Positions 1 through 10,044 of a stretch of 64,000 bases of DNA are shown piece by piece. The translations under genes were made by a program, and so were the position numbers. The first letter of the stretch is position 1. Every line of letters starts with the position of its first letter. The notes under the pieces were generated by a model that was not told where the DNA came from, did not search any database, and saw nothing but the letters and a program-made list of their open reading frames with translations. The DNA comes from an uncultured Actinomycetota bacterium (GTDB lineage Bacteria > Actinomycetota > Actinomycetes > Mycobacteriales > Pseudonocardiaceae), in contig CAVSMR010000003.1 of assembly GCA_963729115.1 (NCBI GenBank), positions 1,093,720 to 1,157,719 of the forward strand, read 5' to 3'.

Positions 1-92
1 GAGTGGTCCACGCCCTCCATCGTGCAGGACGCGCGGAACCCGTGTCGCGGCGCGGGGCATACTCACGGGCGTCCCTGAGATGAGGAGGAACG

Positions 93-845
93 GTGCCGGC
101 GCGATTCGAGAAGACCGGGTTCTGGGTGTGGGTGACCGCGTGCATCTTCTACCCGCTGTCGTGGATCGGTAAGACCACGCCGACCGGCGCCGAGCACGTC
201 CGCCGGTCCGGTGGCGTCCTGCTCGTGATGAACCACGTCTCGCACCTCGACCCGGTGGTGGACGCCGTGTTCGTGCACCGCAACGGCCGGGTGCCGCGGT
301 TCCTCGCGAAGGAGAGCCTGTTCCGCGCGCCGGTGTTCAAGCACCTCATCGGCCGCGCCGGGAGCATCCCCGTCTACCGGGCCAGCTCGAGCGCCGGCGA
401 CAGCCTCGTCGCCGCCAAGGAGGCGCTGCGGGACGGCAAGCTGGTGGTCATCTACCCCGAGGGCACGATCACCAAGGACCCCGAGGGCTGGCCGATGCGC
501 TCGCGCACGGGCGTCGCGCGGCTCGCGCTGGACTGTCTCGAACACGACGTCCCGATCCTGACCGCCGCCCGGTGGGGGACCAACGACATCCTCAACGGCT
601 ACACCAAGAAGTTCCGCCCGTTCCCGCGCAAGCAGATCTTCTTCAACGTGTCGCCACCCGTGGACCTGTCCGCCTACCGGGACCGGCCGGTGACCAACGA
701 GGTGCTGCGGGAGATCACCGACATGCTCATGGACCGGGTCCGCGGTCAGCTCGCGGAGGTCCGCGAGGAGCCGGCGCCGGCGGAGTTCTACCTGCCGCGA
801 AAGGCCAGTGAGGCGCGCACGGAGGGCAAACCGGAGGATGCCTGA
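93..845 (+). CDS. Lysophospholipid acyltransferase (PlsC family)
   Basis: NHVSHLD (NHxxxxD) and IYPEGT motifs; GAGGAGG SD upstream of GTG; overlaps gpsA start. Confidence 0.9.
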   Translation: MPARFEKTGFWVWVTACIFYPLSWIGKTTPTGAEHVRRSGGVLLVMNHVSHLDPVVDAVFVHRNGRVPRFLAKESLFRAPVFKHLIGRAGSIPVYRASSSAGDSLVAAKEALRDGKLVVIYPEGTITKDPEGWPMRSRTGVARLALDCLEHDVPILTAARWGTNDILNGYTKKFRPFPRKQIFFNVSPPVDLSAYRDRPVTNEVLREITDMLMDRVRGQLAEVREEPAPAEFYLPRKASEARTEGKPEDA

Positions 846-1848
846 CATCGGGCCGATCGCGGTCTTCGGCGCCGGTTCGTGGGGCACCACGTACGCCAAG
901 GTGCTCGCCGACGCTGGCTGCGAGGTCACGCTCTGGGCCCGCCGCCGCGAGATCGCCGAGGCGGTCGCGAACGGCCGGGCCAATCCCGACTACCTGCCGG
1001 GCGTGACGCTGCCGGAGTCCCTGCGGTCCACTTCGGACCCGCGGGTGGCACTGGACGGCGCGCGGACGGTGGTGCTCGCGGTGCCGAGCCAGAGCCTGCG
1101 GCACAACCTCACCGCGTGGCGCCGGCTCATCGACCCGGCCGCGACGCTCATCAGCCTCGCGAAGGGCGTGGAGCTGGGCTCGCTCAAGCGGATGAGCGAG
1201 GTCGTCGTCGAGGTGCTCGGCGTGCCGGAGGGCCAGGTCGCGGTCGTGTCCGGGCCGAACCTGGCCAAGGAGATCGCCGCCGGGCAGCCGACCGCGTCGG
1301 TCATCGCGTGCACCGACCACGACCGGGCGGTGGCCGTGCAGCAGGCGTGCACCACCGGCTACTTCCGGCCGTACACGATCACCGACGTCGTCGGCTGCGA
1401 GCTCGGCGGGGCCTGCAAGAACGTCATCGCGCTGTCCTGCGGGATGGCCGGTGGCCTGGGCTTCGGCGACAACACGCTCGCCACGCTGATCACCCGCGGG
1501 CTGGCCGAGACCTCCCGGCTCGGCGTGGCGCTGGGCGCCGACCCGATGACGTTCGCCGGGCTCGCCGGGCTCGGCGACCTGGTGGCCACCTGTGCCTCGC
1601 CGCTGTCCCGCAACCGCACGTTCGGCGAGCGGCTGGGCCGTGGCGAGTCGGTGCAGCAGGCCCAGAACGCGGCGCACGGCCAGGTCGCCGAGGGCGTCAA
1701 GTCCTGCTCGGCGATCCGCGAGCTCGCCCTGCGGCACGGCGTCGAGATGCCGATCACCGAGGTCGTGCACCGGGTGTGCCACGACGGGTTCGACCCGCGC
1801 GAGATGGCGGGCGAGCTCATCGGCCGCAAGACCAAGCCCGAGCGCTGA
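838..1848 (+). CDS. gpsA: NAD(P)H-dependent glycerol-3-phosphate dehydrogenase
   Basis: GAGSWGT Rossmann motif, [28 protein letters not shown]; start moved to ATG 838 after GGAGG. Confidence 0.95.
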   Translation: MPDIGPIAVFGAGSWGTTYAKVLADAGCEVTLWARRREIAEAVANGRANPDYLPGVTLPESLRSTSDPRVALDGARTVVLAVPSQSLRHNLTAWRRLIDPAATLISLAKGVELGSLKRMSEVVVEVLGVPEGQVAVVSGPNLAKEIAAGQPTASVIACTDHDRAVAVQQACTTGYFRPYTITDVVGCELGGACKNVIALSCGMAGGLGFGDNTLATLITRGLAETSRLGVALGADPMTFAGLAGLGDLVATCASPLSRNRTFGERLGRGESVQQAQNAAHGQVAEGVKSCSAIRELALRHGVEMPITEVVHRVCHDGFDPREMAGELIGRKTKPER

Positions 1849-1852
1849 GGGG

Positions 1853-2572
1853 TCAGGTCACGTCGAAGGTCATGATCGGGTCGGTGGTCGGCTGGCTGGA
1901 ACCGCCCGCCGGCTCGATCGTGATGCCGACCTTCTCCGCCGCGTCGATGCCCTGGACGTCGAGCGTTGCCTCGCCGTCCCGCGGCTCGAGCAGGCCCGCC
2001 GACGTGATCTTCTCGCCGATCGTCCACGCCTGGTAGTCGTGGCCGCTCGGGGCGGCGGGCAGGTCGTCGGACAGCAGCAGCATCCGGTTCGCCGACGCCG
2101 ACATCACAGCCGTCATCTGGCCCGTCGCCGGCTCGCCCTGGTGCAGGATCTGGGCGTCACCGGCGCGGACGATCTCCGCGATCGCGACGGCCTGGGCGTC
2201 GACCTCCGAACCCGGCTGCTGCGCGCGGACGAGCAGCACGCCGAGCACCCCGGACACCACCAGCAGCACCGCCGCGGCCGCGGCGGACAACCGCAGCGCC
2301 CACGGCGAACCCGGCCGGCGCAGCGGCACGACCGGCGCCTCCGGCGGCAGCTGGCGGACGTTGCGGATCTGGGCCATGACCGCGCCCTTCAGCCGCGGTG
2401 GCGGGTTGGCGGCCACGGCGGCGCCGAGCCGGGTCGCGGTCTCGCGCAGCTCGGCCACCTCCTGCCGGCAGGCGTCGCAGTCCACGAGGTGCCGCTCGAA
2501 CACCGCGCGCTCGTCATGGGACACCGCGTCCAGCGCGTAGGCACCGGTCAGGGCGTGCACGTCGGCGTTCAT
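1853..2572 (-). CDS. rskA: Anti-sigma-K factor (HxxxCxxC N-terminus, TM helix, RskA C-domain)
   Basis: MNADVHALTGAYALDA..HLVDCDAC, one TM, C-terminal YQAW..GITIEPAGGS.QPT; ATG overlaps sigK stop. Confidence 0.85.
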   Translation of the reverse strand: MNADVHALTGAYALDAVSHDERAVFERHLVDCDACRQEVAELRETATRLGAAVAANPPPRLKGAVMAQIRNVRQLPPEAPVVPLRRPGSPWALRLSAAAAAVLLVVSGVLGVLLVRAQQPGSEVDAQAVAIAEIVRAGDAQILHQGEPATGQMTAVMSASANRMLLLSDDLPAAPSGHDYQAWTIGEKITSAGLLEPRDGEATLDVQGIDAAEKVGITIEPAGGSSQPTTDPIMTFDVT

Positions 2573-3162
2573 CCGACCACCCCCAGGCAGTCGCGCAGGC
2601 GGATCAAGCCGTCCCGCAGCCGTGTCTTGATCGTGCCGAGCGGGGTCTCGAGCAGCTCGCCCACCTCTTTGTAGGTCCGGCCGCCGTAGTAGGCGAGCAC
2701 CACGGACTCGCGCTGCAGCTCGGTCAGCGTGCCGAGGCAGCGGCGCACCTGCTCCTGCTCGAACCGCGTGGCGACCTGCTCGGCGACCTCGTCGAACGGC
2801 CGGGTGGCCTCGCGGCGGCCGACGTGCTCCTCGCGGTCGGCCGCGGCCTGTGCCGAACGCACCCGGTCGACGGCCCGCCGGTGCGCGAGCGTCATCACGA
2901 ACGTGAGCACGCTGCCGCGCTCGGGGGCGTAGCGCGCGGCCGAGCGCCACAACTCCACCATCACCTCCTGCGCCACCTCCTCCGACTGCGCCGGATCCCG
3001 GACGATGCGCCGCACGGCGCCGTACACGGGGCCGATCACGATGTCGTACACCCGCTCGAAGGCCTGCTCGTCGCCGCGGGCCACGCGTCGCATGAGCTCG
3101 GCCGTGTCCGGCCCAGCCGTCGCCTCCTCGCGTGCCCGCCGAACCCGTTCGACCATGCTCAC
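2569..3162 (-). CDS. sigK: ECF sigma factor SigK
   Basis: GDEQAFERVYD, AHRRAVDRVRS, TPLGTIKTRLRDGLIRLRDCLG; coupled to rskA. Confidence 0.88.
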   Translation of the reverse strand: MSMVERVRRAREEATAGPDTAELMRRVARGDEQAFERVYDIVIGPVYGAVRRIVRDPAQSEEVAQEVMVELWRSAARYAPERGSVLTFVMTLAHRRAVDRVRSAQAAADREEHVGRREATRPFDEVAEQVATRFEQEQVRRCLGTLTELQRESVVLAYYGGRTYKEVGELLETPLGTIKTRLRDGLIRLRDCLGVVG

Positions 3163-3188
3163 TCCGCTCTAGTCCGGCGTTGCACGGT

Positions 3189-3215
3189 ATTCGGAGCGGC
3201 CGTGCGCCGGGATTG
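3189..3215 (-). promoter_or_regulatory. SigK-type autoregulatory promoter CAATCC-N15-CCGAAT
   Basis: Minus strand reads CAATCC (3215-3210), 15 nt, CCGAAT (3194-3189); one mismatch to the recalled mycobacterial SigK consensus CCATCC-N15-CCGAAT. Confidence 0.7.
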
Positions 3216-3279
3216 GGGTCAGCGTCCCACGAAGTGAACTCGTTTGCCGTCGCTTCGCCGGCATGTTTCCCTTGGCATC

Positions 3280-3360
3280 GTGTCGACCACCGTGCGCCGA
3301 TCCCGCCGGGGCTACCTGTACCTGGGCCGGGTAGCCAGCGCGCTCTGTCCCGCCGGCTGA
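3280..3360 (+). CDS. Putative Cys-containing leader peptide, 26 aa (MSTTVRRSRRGYLYLGRVASALCPAG)
   Basis: GTG 3280 to TGA 3360, 43 nt before the CDO-like gene; ends RVASALC like the actinobacterial RRHxDLxRxxSAxC leader peptides; not in the supplied ORF track. Confidence 0.55.
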   Translation: MSTTVRRSRRGYLYLGRVASALCPAG

Positions 3361-3403
3361 CCGAGCCCGCCGACTCCGCCGACACTCCCGAAGGTCCTTC
3401 CTC

Positions 3404-3848
3404 ATGTTCGCCGTGCCCGAGCACACCATCGCGTCCGCCGCGACCGCCCCGACCGTCCACCCCGCGCTGATCGCCCGCGAATACGTGCGGCACCGCGACC
3501 GCTGGGCGCACCTGCTGCGCTACGACCCCGACGTGCGGTACACCGCGCTCGTGGACCGCAGCCCCCGGGCAGGAGGTGTGGCTGATGAGCTGGCTGCCCG
3601 GCCAGGGCACCGGCCCGCACGACCACGGCGCGGCCAGCGGTGCGTTCACGATCGTCTCCGGGGAGCTGACCGAGCACGTCCTGCACCGCGGCCGCACGCA
3701 CGCGATCGGCGTCGGCCAGTCCCGCGTGTTCGGGCCCGGCTACGTGCACGAGGTGCGCAACGCCGGCCCGGACCCCGCGATCAGCATCCACGTCTACCGC
3801 GCGGTGCGGACGATGCGCGCCTACGAGGAGCTGTCCCGGGTCTCCTGA
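3404..3848 (+). pseudogene. Cysteine dioxygenase-family cupin, frameshifted (+1) in a C5 tract
   Basis: N-terminal half in frame from ATG 3404; QEVWLMSWLPGQ..HDHG..HEVRN..SIHVY in another frame; deleting one C of 3562-3566 gives a continuous 147-aa ORF. Confidence 0.72.
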
Positions 3849-4522
3849 GCGAACGGGGCCGGGCGCGCGGTCACGTGTGCCGGCACCGCCGAGCCGGCCG
3901 GCAGCTCCGGGCAGGGCAGCGGCTCGCCCCAGGTCTGGCGCAGCGGCAGCACCCCGGCCCACGCGGCGCCGTTGCGCTCGGGCGTGAGGTCGTCCGGGTC
4001 CTCCCCGGGCGGGCCGGTGCGGATCTTGACCGCGGCCTCGGCGAGGTCCAGCGCCAGCACGGCGGTCTTGGCGAGCTCCTGCTTCGTCGGCTCCCGGGCG
4101 TGCTCCCAGGAGCCGGGTGCCAGGTGGTCGGTGATCACGGCCAGGGCCGCGAGCTTCTCCTCGCGGCCGGTGAGCGGGCGGGCCGCGCCGTGGACCGTGG
4201 CGGACCGGTAGTTCACCGAGTGGTGGAACACGGCGCGGCTGTAGACGATGCCGTCGAGCAGCGTCACGTTCACGCACACCTGCGCGCCGGCGGCCGCGGC
4301 GCGCAGGCTCGCCGCACCGGTGGAGCCGTGCACGTAGAGCGTGTCGCCGGCGCGCCCGTAGCCGGTGGGGAGCACGACCGGTGCCCCGTCGACCGCGAAC
4401 GCGAGATGGCACATCAGGCCCGCGTCGAGCACGGCGTACAGCTCGGACCGGTCGGCCATCGCGCGGTCGCGACCGCGGCGGATCGTGCTGCGCGGGGTGG
4501 GGGAGAGCGCTTGCTGGGTCAC
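3821..4522 (-). CDS. Pyridoxamine 5'-phosphate oxidase-like flavin-binding protein
   Basis: PVVLPTGY..LYVHGSTG..VTLLDGIVYSRAVFHHSVNYRS; divergent from MocR regulator; start set at GTG 4522. Confidence 0.85.
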   Translation of the reverse strand: MTQQALSPTPRSTIRRGRDRAMADRSELYAVLDAGLMCHLAFAVDGAPVVLPTGYGRAGDTLYVHGSTGAASLRAAAAGAQVCVNVTLLDGIVYSRAVFHHSVNYRSATVHGAARPLTGREEKLAALAVITDHLAPGSWEHAREPTKQELAKTAVLALDLAEAAVKIRTGPPGEDPDDLTPERNGAAWAGVLPLRQTWGEPLPCPELPAGSAVPAHVTARPAPFAQETRDSSS

Positions 4523-4543
4523 CCATCCAGGTTGGCTGCGGTA

Positions 4544-4588
4544 GTGGCATCCTGGAAGGGCCACGACTTGTCAATTCTGGAAGGCCAC
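4544..4588. promoter_or_regulatory. Probable MocR operator (direct plus inverted repeats)
   Basis: CTGGAAGGGCCAC (4552-4564) and CTGGAAGGCCAC (4577-4588) direct repeats; GTGGC at 4544 is inverted to GCCAC; lies in the 69-bp divergent gap. Confidence 0.6.
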
Positions 4589-4591
4589 TTC

Positions 4592-5989
4592 ATGCCGGAG
4601 ACACCCGCGCTGCCGGTGACCCTCGATCGCTCGGCGGCCACCCCGCTCGCCGTGCAGCTGGCCGAGCAGCTTCGCGCGGCGGCCGGGGACGGGCGGCTGC
4701 GCAGCGGCGACCGGCTGCCCTCCACCCGCGCGCTGGCCGCCGAGCTGGAGGTGAGCCGCACGGTCACCGCGGCCGCGTACGAGCAGCTGCACGCGGAGGG
4801 CTGGATCGCCGGGCGGCACGGGTCGGGCACCTACGTGACGACCGAGCCGCCCGGGTCGCTGCGCGCCGACACCCGGCCCGTGCGCCGGGACGCCGCCGTG
4901 GACACCGCGCTCGACCTCACCCCGGGCTCGCCGTGGGCGGGCGGCATCGACACCGCGGCGTGGCGGCGGGCGTGGCGCGCGGCCGCGCACGTCGCGCCGA
5001 TGGTCCGGCCGAACCGCGCCGGGCTGCCCAGCTATCGCGCCACGGTGGCCGAGCATCTGTTGCGGCACCGGGGTTTGCGGGTCGGCACGCTGTCCGGACA
5101 GGACGGTCATGAGGCCGTGCTGGCCACGTCCGGGACGTCCACCGCGGCCGCCGAGCTCGCGAACGCCGTGCTGTCGCCCGGCGATGTCGTGGCCGTCGAG
5201 GAGCCGGGCTACCAGCGCGCGGTCGGCGCGCTGCGCGCGGCCGGGCTGCGGGTGGTGCCGGCCCCGGTCGACGCCGACGGCCTGCTGATCGACTCGGTGC
5301 CGGCGAGCGCGAAGGCCGTCTACTGTTCGCCCGCCCACCAGTACCCGCTCGGCGGCCGGATGTCCGCGGGCCGCCGCGTGGCGCTGGTCGAGCGCGCCCG
5401 GGAGCGGGGCTGGCTCGTGATCGAGGACGACTACGACGGCGAGCTGCGCTACGACGTGGCCCCGCTGCCGCTGCTCGCCGCGCTCGCCCCGGACGTCGTC
5501 GTCCACCTCGGCACCACGAGCAAGATCCTCACGCCGACCCTGGGGGTGGGCTGGATGGTCGCACCGCCCGCGGTCGTCACCGCGATCCTCGCCCACCGCG
5601 ACCGCACCGGCAGCGGCCCGGCGCCGGCCGGCCAGCTGGTCGTGGTCGAGTTCGCCCAGGGCGGCGACCTGGGCCGGCACCTGCGGCGGCTGCGCCGCGA
5701 GCTGTCCGAGCGCCGCTCGCTCGTGGTGGACGCCCTGGTGCGCGGCGGCGTGCGGGTGCTCGGCGACGAGGCCGGCGCGCACGTCGTCGTGCCGGTAGCC
5801 GGGGCGGACGCGGAGCGTGAGCTCGTCCGGCGCGCGCTGGGTCGCGGGTTGCTGCTCGACGGCCTGGCCAGGCATCACGTCGGGCGCGCGCGGTGGTTCG
5901 GCATCGCCCTCGGCTACGCCGCGTGCTCCCGGGAGGAGCTGCGTGACGCGCTGCCGGTGCTGGTCGAGCTGGTGCGCACGGGAACCTGA
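4592..5989 (+). CDS. MocR/GabR-family regulator (GntR HTH plus PLP aminotransferase domain)
   Basis: [23 protein letters not shown]; IEDDYDGE; GTTSK; true ATG 4592 inside track ORF 3404..5989. Confidence 0.92.
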   Translation: MPETPALPVTLDRSAATPLAVQLAEQLRAAAGDGRLRSGDRLPSTRALAAELEVSRTVTAAAYEQLHAEGWIAGRHGSGTYVTTEPPGSLRADTRPVRRDAAVDTALDLTPGSPWAGGIDTAAWRRAWRAAAHVAPMVRPNRAGLPSYRATVAEHLLRHRGLRVGTLSGQDGHEAVLATSGTSTAAAELANAVLSPGDVVAVEEPGYQRAVGALRAAGLRVVPAPVDADGLLIDSVPASAKAVYCSPAHQYPLGGRMSAGRRVALVERARERGWLVIEDDYDGELRYDVAPLPLLAALAPDVVVHLGTTSKILTPTLGVGWMVAPPAVVTAILAHRDRTGSGPAPAGQLVVVEFAQGGDLGRHLRRLRRELSERRSLVVDALVRGGVRVLGDEAGAHVVVPVAGADAERELVRRALGRGLLLDGLARHHVGRARWFGIALGYAACSREELRDALPVLVELVRTGT

Positions 5990-6024
5990 CGGCCGGAACG
6001 CGGCCACGGGTATGGTCGGGCGCC

Positions 6025-7122
6025 ATGGCGAGCCAAGAGCGGATCCGCGTGGCGGTCGTGTTCGGCGGGCAGAGCACCGAGCACTCGGTGTCCTGTGTGT
6101 CCGCGGCGAGCGTGCTCGCGAACCTCGATCCCACGCGCTTCGAGGTCCTGCCGGTCGGCATCACCCTCGAGGGCTCGTGGGTGCTCGGCCCGGCCGACCC
6201 GGCGAGCCTGGCGATCGAGGGCCGCACCATGCCGAGCATCACCACCGGCACCGCGCTGACCCTGCCCGCGGACCCGACCTCGGCGAACCTCGTCGTGCTC
6301 GAGCGCGGCCGCGAGGGCGAGGTGCTGTCCAAGGTGGACGTCGTGTTCCCCGTGCTGCACGGCGCCTACGGCGAGGACGGCACGATCCAGGGGCTGCTCG
6401 AGATGGTCGGCCTGCCCTATGCGGGCGCGGGCGTGCTGTCGAGCGCGGTGGTGATGGACAAGGAGTTCACCAAGAAGTTGCTCGCCGCCGAGGGCCTGCC
6501 GGTCGGGCGGTACGAGGTGCTGCACCGCGGCCAGGCCACGCTCTCCGCCGCCCAGCGCGAGCGCATCGGGCTTCCCGCGTTCGTCAAGCCGGCCCGCGCC
6601 GGCTCGTCGACCGGTATCACGAAGGTCACCGACTGGTCCGAACTGGACGGTGCGGTCGCCACCGCGCGGGCGATCGACCCCAAGGTGCTCGTCGAGTCGG
6701 CGATCGTGGGCCGCGAGGTCGAGTGCGGCGTGCTGGAGTTCCCGGACGGGCGCGTGGAGGCCTCGCTCCCGGCGGAGATCCGCATCGCCGCCGGCGGCCC
6801 GGACTGGTATGACTTCGAGACGAAGTACCTCGACGAGGTCGCCGAGCTGGACATCCCGGCGAAGCTGGACGACGCGGTCACCGAGCGGCTGCGCGCGATG
6901 GCGGTCGAGGCGTTCCGCGCGCTGGACTGCCAGGGCCTCGCCCGCGTCGACTTCTTCGTGCGCGCGGACGGCTCGCTCGTCATCAACGAGCTCAACACGA
7001 TGCCGGGCTTCACGCCCACCTCGGCGTACCCGAAGATGTGGGCGGTCACCGGTGTCGACTACCCGACGCTGCTGTCGACCCTCGTCGACACGGCGATCGC
7101 GCGGGGCACCGGTCTGCGCTAA
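6025..7122 (+). CDS. ddl: D-alanine--D-alanine ligase
   Basis: [45 protein letters not shown]. Confidence 0.95.
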   Translation: MASQERIRVAVVFGGQSTEHSVSCVSAASVLANLDPTRFEVLPVGITLEGSWVLGPADPASLAIEGRTMPSITTGTALTLPADPTSANLVVLERGREGEVLSKVDVVFPVLHGAYGEDGTIQGLLEMVGLPYAGAGVLSSAVVMDKEFTKKLLAAEGLPVGRYEVLHRGQATLSAAQRERIGLPAFVKPARAGSSTGITKVTDWSELDGAVATARAIDPKVLVESAIVGREVECGVLEFPDGRVEASLPAEIRIAAGGPDWYDFETKYLDEVAELDIPAKLDDAVTERLRAMAVEAFRALDCQGLARVDFFVRADGSLVINELNTMPGFTPTSAYPKMWAVTGVDYPTLLSTLVDTAIARGTGLR

Positions 7123-7682
7123 CCCCTGGGGCGCACGGGTTTCGTGGCGAGGGTGTCGCTGACGGCGGCCGAGACCTCCTGCAGCGGCCCGGTTCCCGAG
7201 CCCGCCGGCACGGTGAGTACCACGTAGACGGCCCGGTCCACGACCACCCACGTGGTGGCGCCGTCGCCCGCCAGGGGCAGCCACTGGACGCCGGAGATGT
7301 CGCGCAGCCCCGCGGTCGGGGTCAGCTCGTCCGGCCGGGGCAGCCCGCAGCGCAGCACGACCGGTTCGCCGCGGCCGCCACCCCACGCGGCCACCGCGGG
7401 CGGGGCGGGGTCGGCGATCTCCAGCCGGCGCAGCGTCGCTCCGCCGTCGGGCAGGGTGTCCGGCAGGGCCCGCACGAGGTTCGTACACGATGGCGTCCGC
7501 GCGTCGGGTGCGTCGACGCCGACCAGCGCGACCGGGGCGGTCGTGGTGCTGGGTGCCGCACCGGTGTCCGGTTCGCCGGCGGACGTCAGGACGAGGCCGG
7601 CGACGGCGACCCCGACCACGAGCAGCACCACGAGCACCACGGCGGCGCGGATCGCCGTCGGGGAGAGCGGATCGTCGGACAC
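7119..7682 (-). CDS. DUF3515-type membrane-anchored protein
   Basis: N-terminal TM, C..L..ALP, AAWG..PVVLRCG; usual position after ddl; start GTG 7682. Confidence 0.75.
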   Translation of the reverse strand: MSDDPLSPTAIRAAVVLVVLLVVGVAVAGLVLTSAGEPDTGAAPSTTTAPVALVGVDAPDARTPSCTNLVRALPDTLPDGGATLRRLEIADPAPPAVAAWGGGRGEPVVLRCGLPRPDELTPTAGLRDISGVQWLPLAGDGATTWVVVDRAVYVVLTVPAGSGTGPLQEVSAAVSDTLATKPVRPRG

Positions 7683-7701
7683 GCCCCCACTAGAACACGG
7701 G

Positions 7702-7935
7702 TCAGAGATGCACCACCGGGCAGGTGAGGGTTCGCGTGATGCCGTCGACGTTCTGGATGCGGGCGACCACGAGCTGGCCCAGCAGGTCGACGTTGTCGGC
7801 CTCGGCGCGGACGATGACGTCGTAGGGGCCCGTGACATCCTCGGCGGTGGTCACGCCGGCGATCTCCGCGATCTTGGCGGCGACCGCGGCCGCCTGGCCG
7901 ACCTCGGTCTGGATCAGGATGTATGCGTGGACCAC
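7702..7935 (-). CDS. Lrp/AsnC ligand-binding-domain protein
   Basis: MVHAYILIQTEVG..VTGPYDVIVR..TRTLTCPVVHL; 77 aa; conserved between ddl and thiL. Confidence 0.88.
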   Translation of the reverse strand: MVHAYILIQTEVGQAAAVAAKIAEIAGVTTAEDVTGPYDVIVRAEADNVDLLGQLVVARIQNVDGITRTLTCPVVHL

Positions 7936-8038
7936 GGCGCGCCCCTTCGTGTCGAGCAGCCCTCAAGAGGTAGGAACGTGAGCAGCAAAAGGTACCGCAG
8001 TTCCCGATCGTTTGGGGATCCGACTGTCGGAGGTGGCC

Positions 8039-9019
8039 ATGAACGGTAAGCGCGGCACGTCGGCGCACGACCCGCCGCAGACCGTGGCGGACGTCGGTGA
8101 GTTCGGCCTGATCCGGCGGGTGACGGCCGGCCGGACGCAGCCGCCGACCACGTTGCTGGGCCCCGGCGACGACGCCGCGGTGGTGGCGGCCGCGGACGGC
8201 CGGGTGGTCGCCGGCACCGACGTGCTCGTCGAGGGCGTGCACTTCCGGCTGGACTGGTCGACGCCGGAACACGTTGGGCAGAAAGCGATCGCGGCCAACA
8301 TGGCCGACATCGCGGCGATGGGCGCGGTGCCCACCGCGCTGCTCGTCGGGCTCGCGTGCCCCAAGTCGACGGACGCCGCGGTGGCCGAGGGGATCGTGGC
8401 CGGGATGTGGAAGGAGGCCGTGCGCGCGGGCGCCGGGATCGTCGGCGGCGACGTGGTGAGCGCGGACCAGATCGTGATCTCCGTCACCGCACTCGGGGAT
8501 CTGCAGGGCCGGGCGCCCGTTACGCGCGGCGGCGCGCTGCCCGGTGACGTGGTGGCGGTGGCCGGGAAGCTGGGCTGGGCGGCGGCCGGGCTCGCCGTGC
8601 TGGGCCGCGGTTTCCGCTCGCCGGTGACGGTCGTCGGCGCGTACCGCGCGCCCGACCCGCCGTACGCGGCCGGCCCGCAGGCGGCCCTGGCCGAGGCGAC
8701 CTCGATGATCGACGTGTCCGACGGGCTGCTCGCCGACCTCGGCCACCTCGTCGAGGAGTCCAAAGTGGCCATCGACGTGCGGACCGACCTCGTGGAGGTG
8801 CCGCAGCGGCTCGTCGACGTGGCCTCCGCGCTCGGCGCCGACCCGCGGCACTGGGTGCTCACGGGTGGGGAGGATCACGCACTCCTCGCGACGTTCCCCG
8901 GTCCGGGCGCGGTGCCCGAGGGCTGGACCACGATCGGCACGGTGACCAGGGGGAGCGCGGTGACCGTCGACGGCAAGCCGTACGAGGGCGCCGCGGGTTG
9001 GCAGCACTGGCGTGGGTGA
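8039..9019 (+). CDS. thiL: Thiamine-monophosphate kinase
   Basis: GEFGLI, GPGDDAAV, TDVLVEGVHF, DVSDGL, GGEDHAL; ATG 8039 after GGAGG. Confidence 0.95.
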   Translation: MNGKRGTSAHDPPQTVADVGEFGLIRRVTAGRTQPPTTLLGPGDDAAVVAAADGRVVAGTDVLVEGVHFRLDWSTPEHVGQKAIAANMADIAAMGAVPTALLVGLACPKSTDAAVAEGIVAGMWKEAVRAGAGIVGGDVVSADQIVISVTALGDLQGRAPVTRGGALPGDVVAVAGKLGWAAAGLAVLGRGFRSPVTVVGAYRAPDPPYAAGPQAALAEATSMIDVSDGLLADLGHLVEESKVAIDVRTDLVEVPQRLVDVASALGADPRHWVLTGGEDHALLATFPGPGAVPEGWTTIGTVTRGSAVTVDGKPYEGAAGWQHWRG

Positions 9020-9029
9020 GAATCGCGGG

Positions 9030-9518
9030 GTGCGTATCGATGCCCTGGCCTACGACCACCCCGACTCCGTGGCGCTGATCGACGAGGTCCAGCAGGAGTA
9101 CGTGGTCCGCTACGGAGAGGTGGACCTCACCCCGGTCGACCCGGCCGAGTTCGCGCCGCCGCGGGGCCTGTTCCTCGTCGGCTACCTCGACGGGCGCCCG
9201 GTCGCGTGCGGCGGCTGGCGGGTGCACGAGGGCCCGGACGGCCCGGAGGCCGAGCTCAAGCGCATGTACGTCGCCCCGGCGGCGCGCGGCCGCGGGGTCG
9301 CCAGGGCGGTGCTGGCGGAGCTGGAACGCACGGCCGTCGCCGCCGGGTACTCGCGGATGGTGCTGGAGACGGGGACCCGGCAGCCGGAGGCGATCGCGCT
9401 GTACACGTCGGCCGGCTACGCGGAGGTGCCGAAGTTCGGCTTCTACGCGGCCGAGCCCGAGGCGGTGCACCTGGGCAAGGCGATCCTCGAGGAGGCCGCG
9501 TGCCCATCTACGCGCTAG
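9030..9518 (+). CDS. GNAT-family N-acetyltransferase
   Basis: [35 protein letters not shown]. Confidence 0.88.
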   Translation: MRIDALAYDHPDSVALIDEVQQEYVVRYGEVDLTPVDPAEFAPPRGLFLVGYLDGRPVACGGWRVHEGPDGPEAELKRMYVAPAARGRGVARAVLAELERTAVAAGYSRMVLETGTRQPEAIALYTSAGYAEVPKFGFYAAEPEAVHLGKAILEEAACPSTR

Positions 9519-10021
9519 GCGAGCTCGAGCCGGACATCCACCCCGACGCCTGGGTGCATCCGGACGCCACGATCATCGGCAACGTCTCGCTGGCGGCGTT
9601 CGTGTCGGTGTGGCCGCAGGCCGTGCTGCGCGGCGACACCGGCGAGATCGTGATCGGCGAGCGGACGAACGTCCAGGACGGCACGATCATCCACTGCACC
9701 AGGGTCCACCCGACACGCATCGGCCCGGACTCCGCGGTCGGGCACAACGCGCACATCGAGGGCGCGATCATCGGCACGCGGTGCCTGATCGCCTCGGGTT
9801 CGGTGCTGCTCAACGGTTCCGTGGTCGAGGACGGCGCGGTGCTCGGCGCGGGCGCGGTGATGCCGTACAACGGACACCTGCCGGCGGGACGGATGGCGCT
9901 GGGCGTGCCGGCGCGGGTGCGGGAGGACGCCGACGTGCCCGCGGACATGGTGTCGAGGATCGTGGAGAACTACGTGGCCCGGATCGCGAAATACCGGGCG
10001 GGCCTGCGCCGCCTCGACTGA
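9500..10021 (+). CDS. Gamma-carbonic-anhydrase-like hexapeptide-repeat protein
   Basis: [25 protein letters not shown]; GTG 9500 after GGAGG. Confidence 0.85.
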   Translation: MPIYALGELEPDIHPDAWVHPDATIIGNVSLAAFVSVWPQAVLRGDTGEIVIGERTNVQDGTIIHCTRVHPTRIGPDSAVGHNAHIEGAIIGTRCLIASGSVLLNGSVVEDGAVLGAGAVMPYNGHLPAGRMALGVPARVREDADVPADMVSRIVENYVARIAKYRAGLRRLD

Positions 10022-10044
10022 CCGACGCGCTAGGGTCCCGTCCC

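Noticed and set aside
1-20. Possible start of a minus-strand gene running off the window (GGAGGG then GTG at 11)
   Set aside because: Only three codons are visible, so it cannot be identified.
3404-5989. 861-aa ORF apparently fusing a cupin N-terminus to a MocR regulator
   Set aside because: Artefact of the frameshift at 3562-3566 plus a stop-free antisense stretch over the PNPOx-like gene; the MocR protein has its own ATG at 4592.
6025-7122. ddl as a glycopeptide-resistance D-Ala-D-Lac ligase
   Set aside because: The omega loop reads YDFETKY (D-Ala-D-Ala type), there are no vanH/vanX neighbours, and the position is the housekeeping one.
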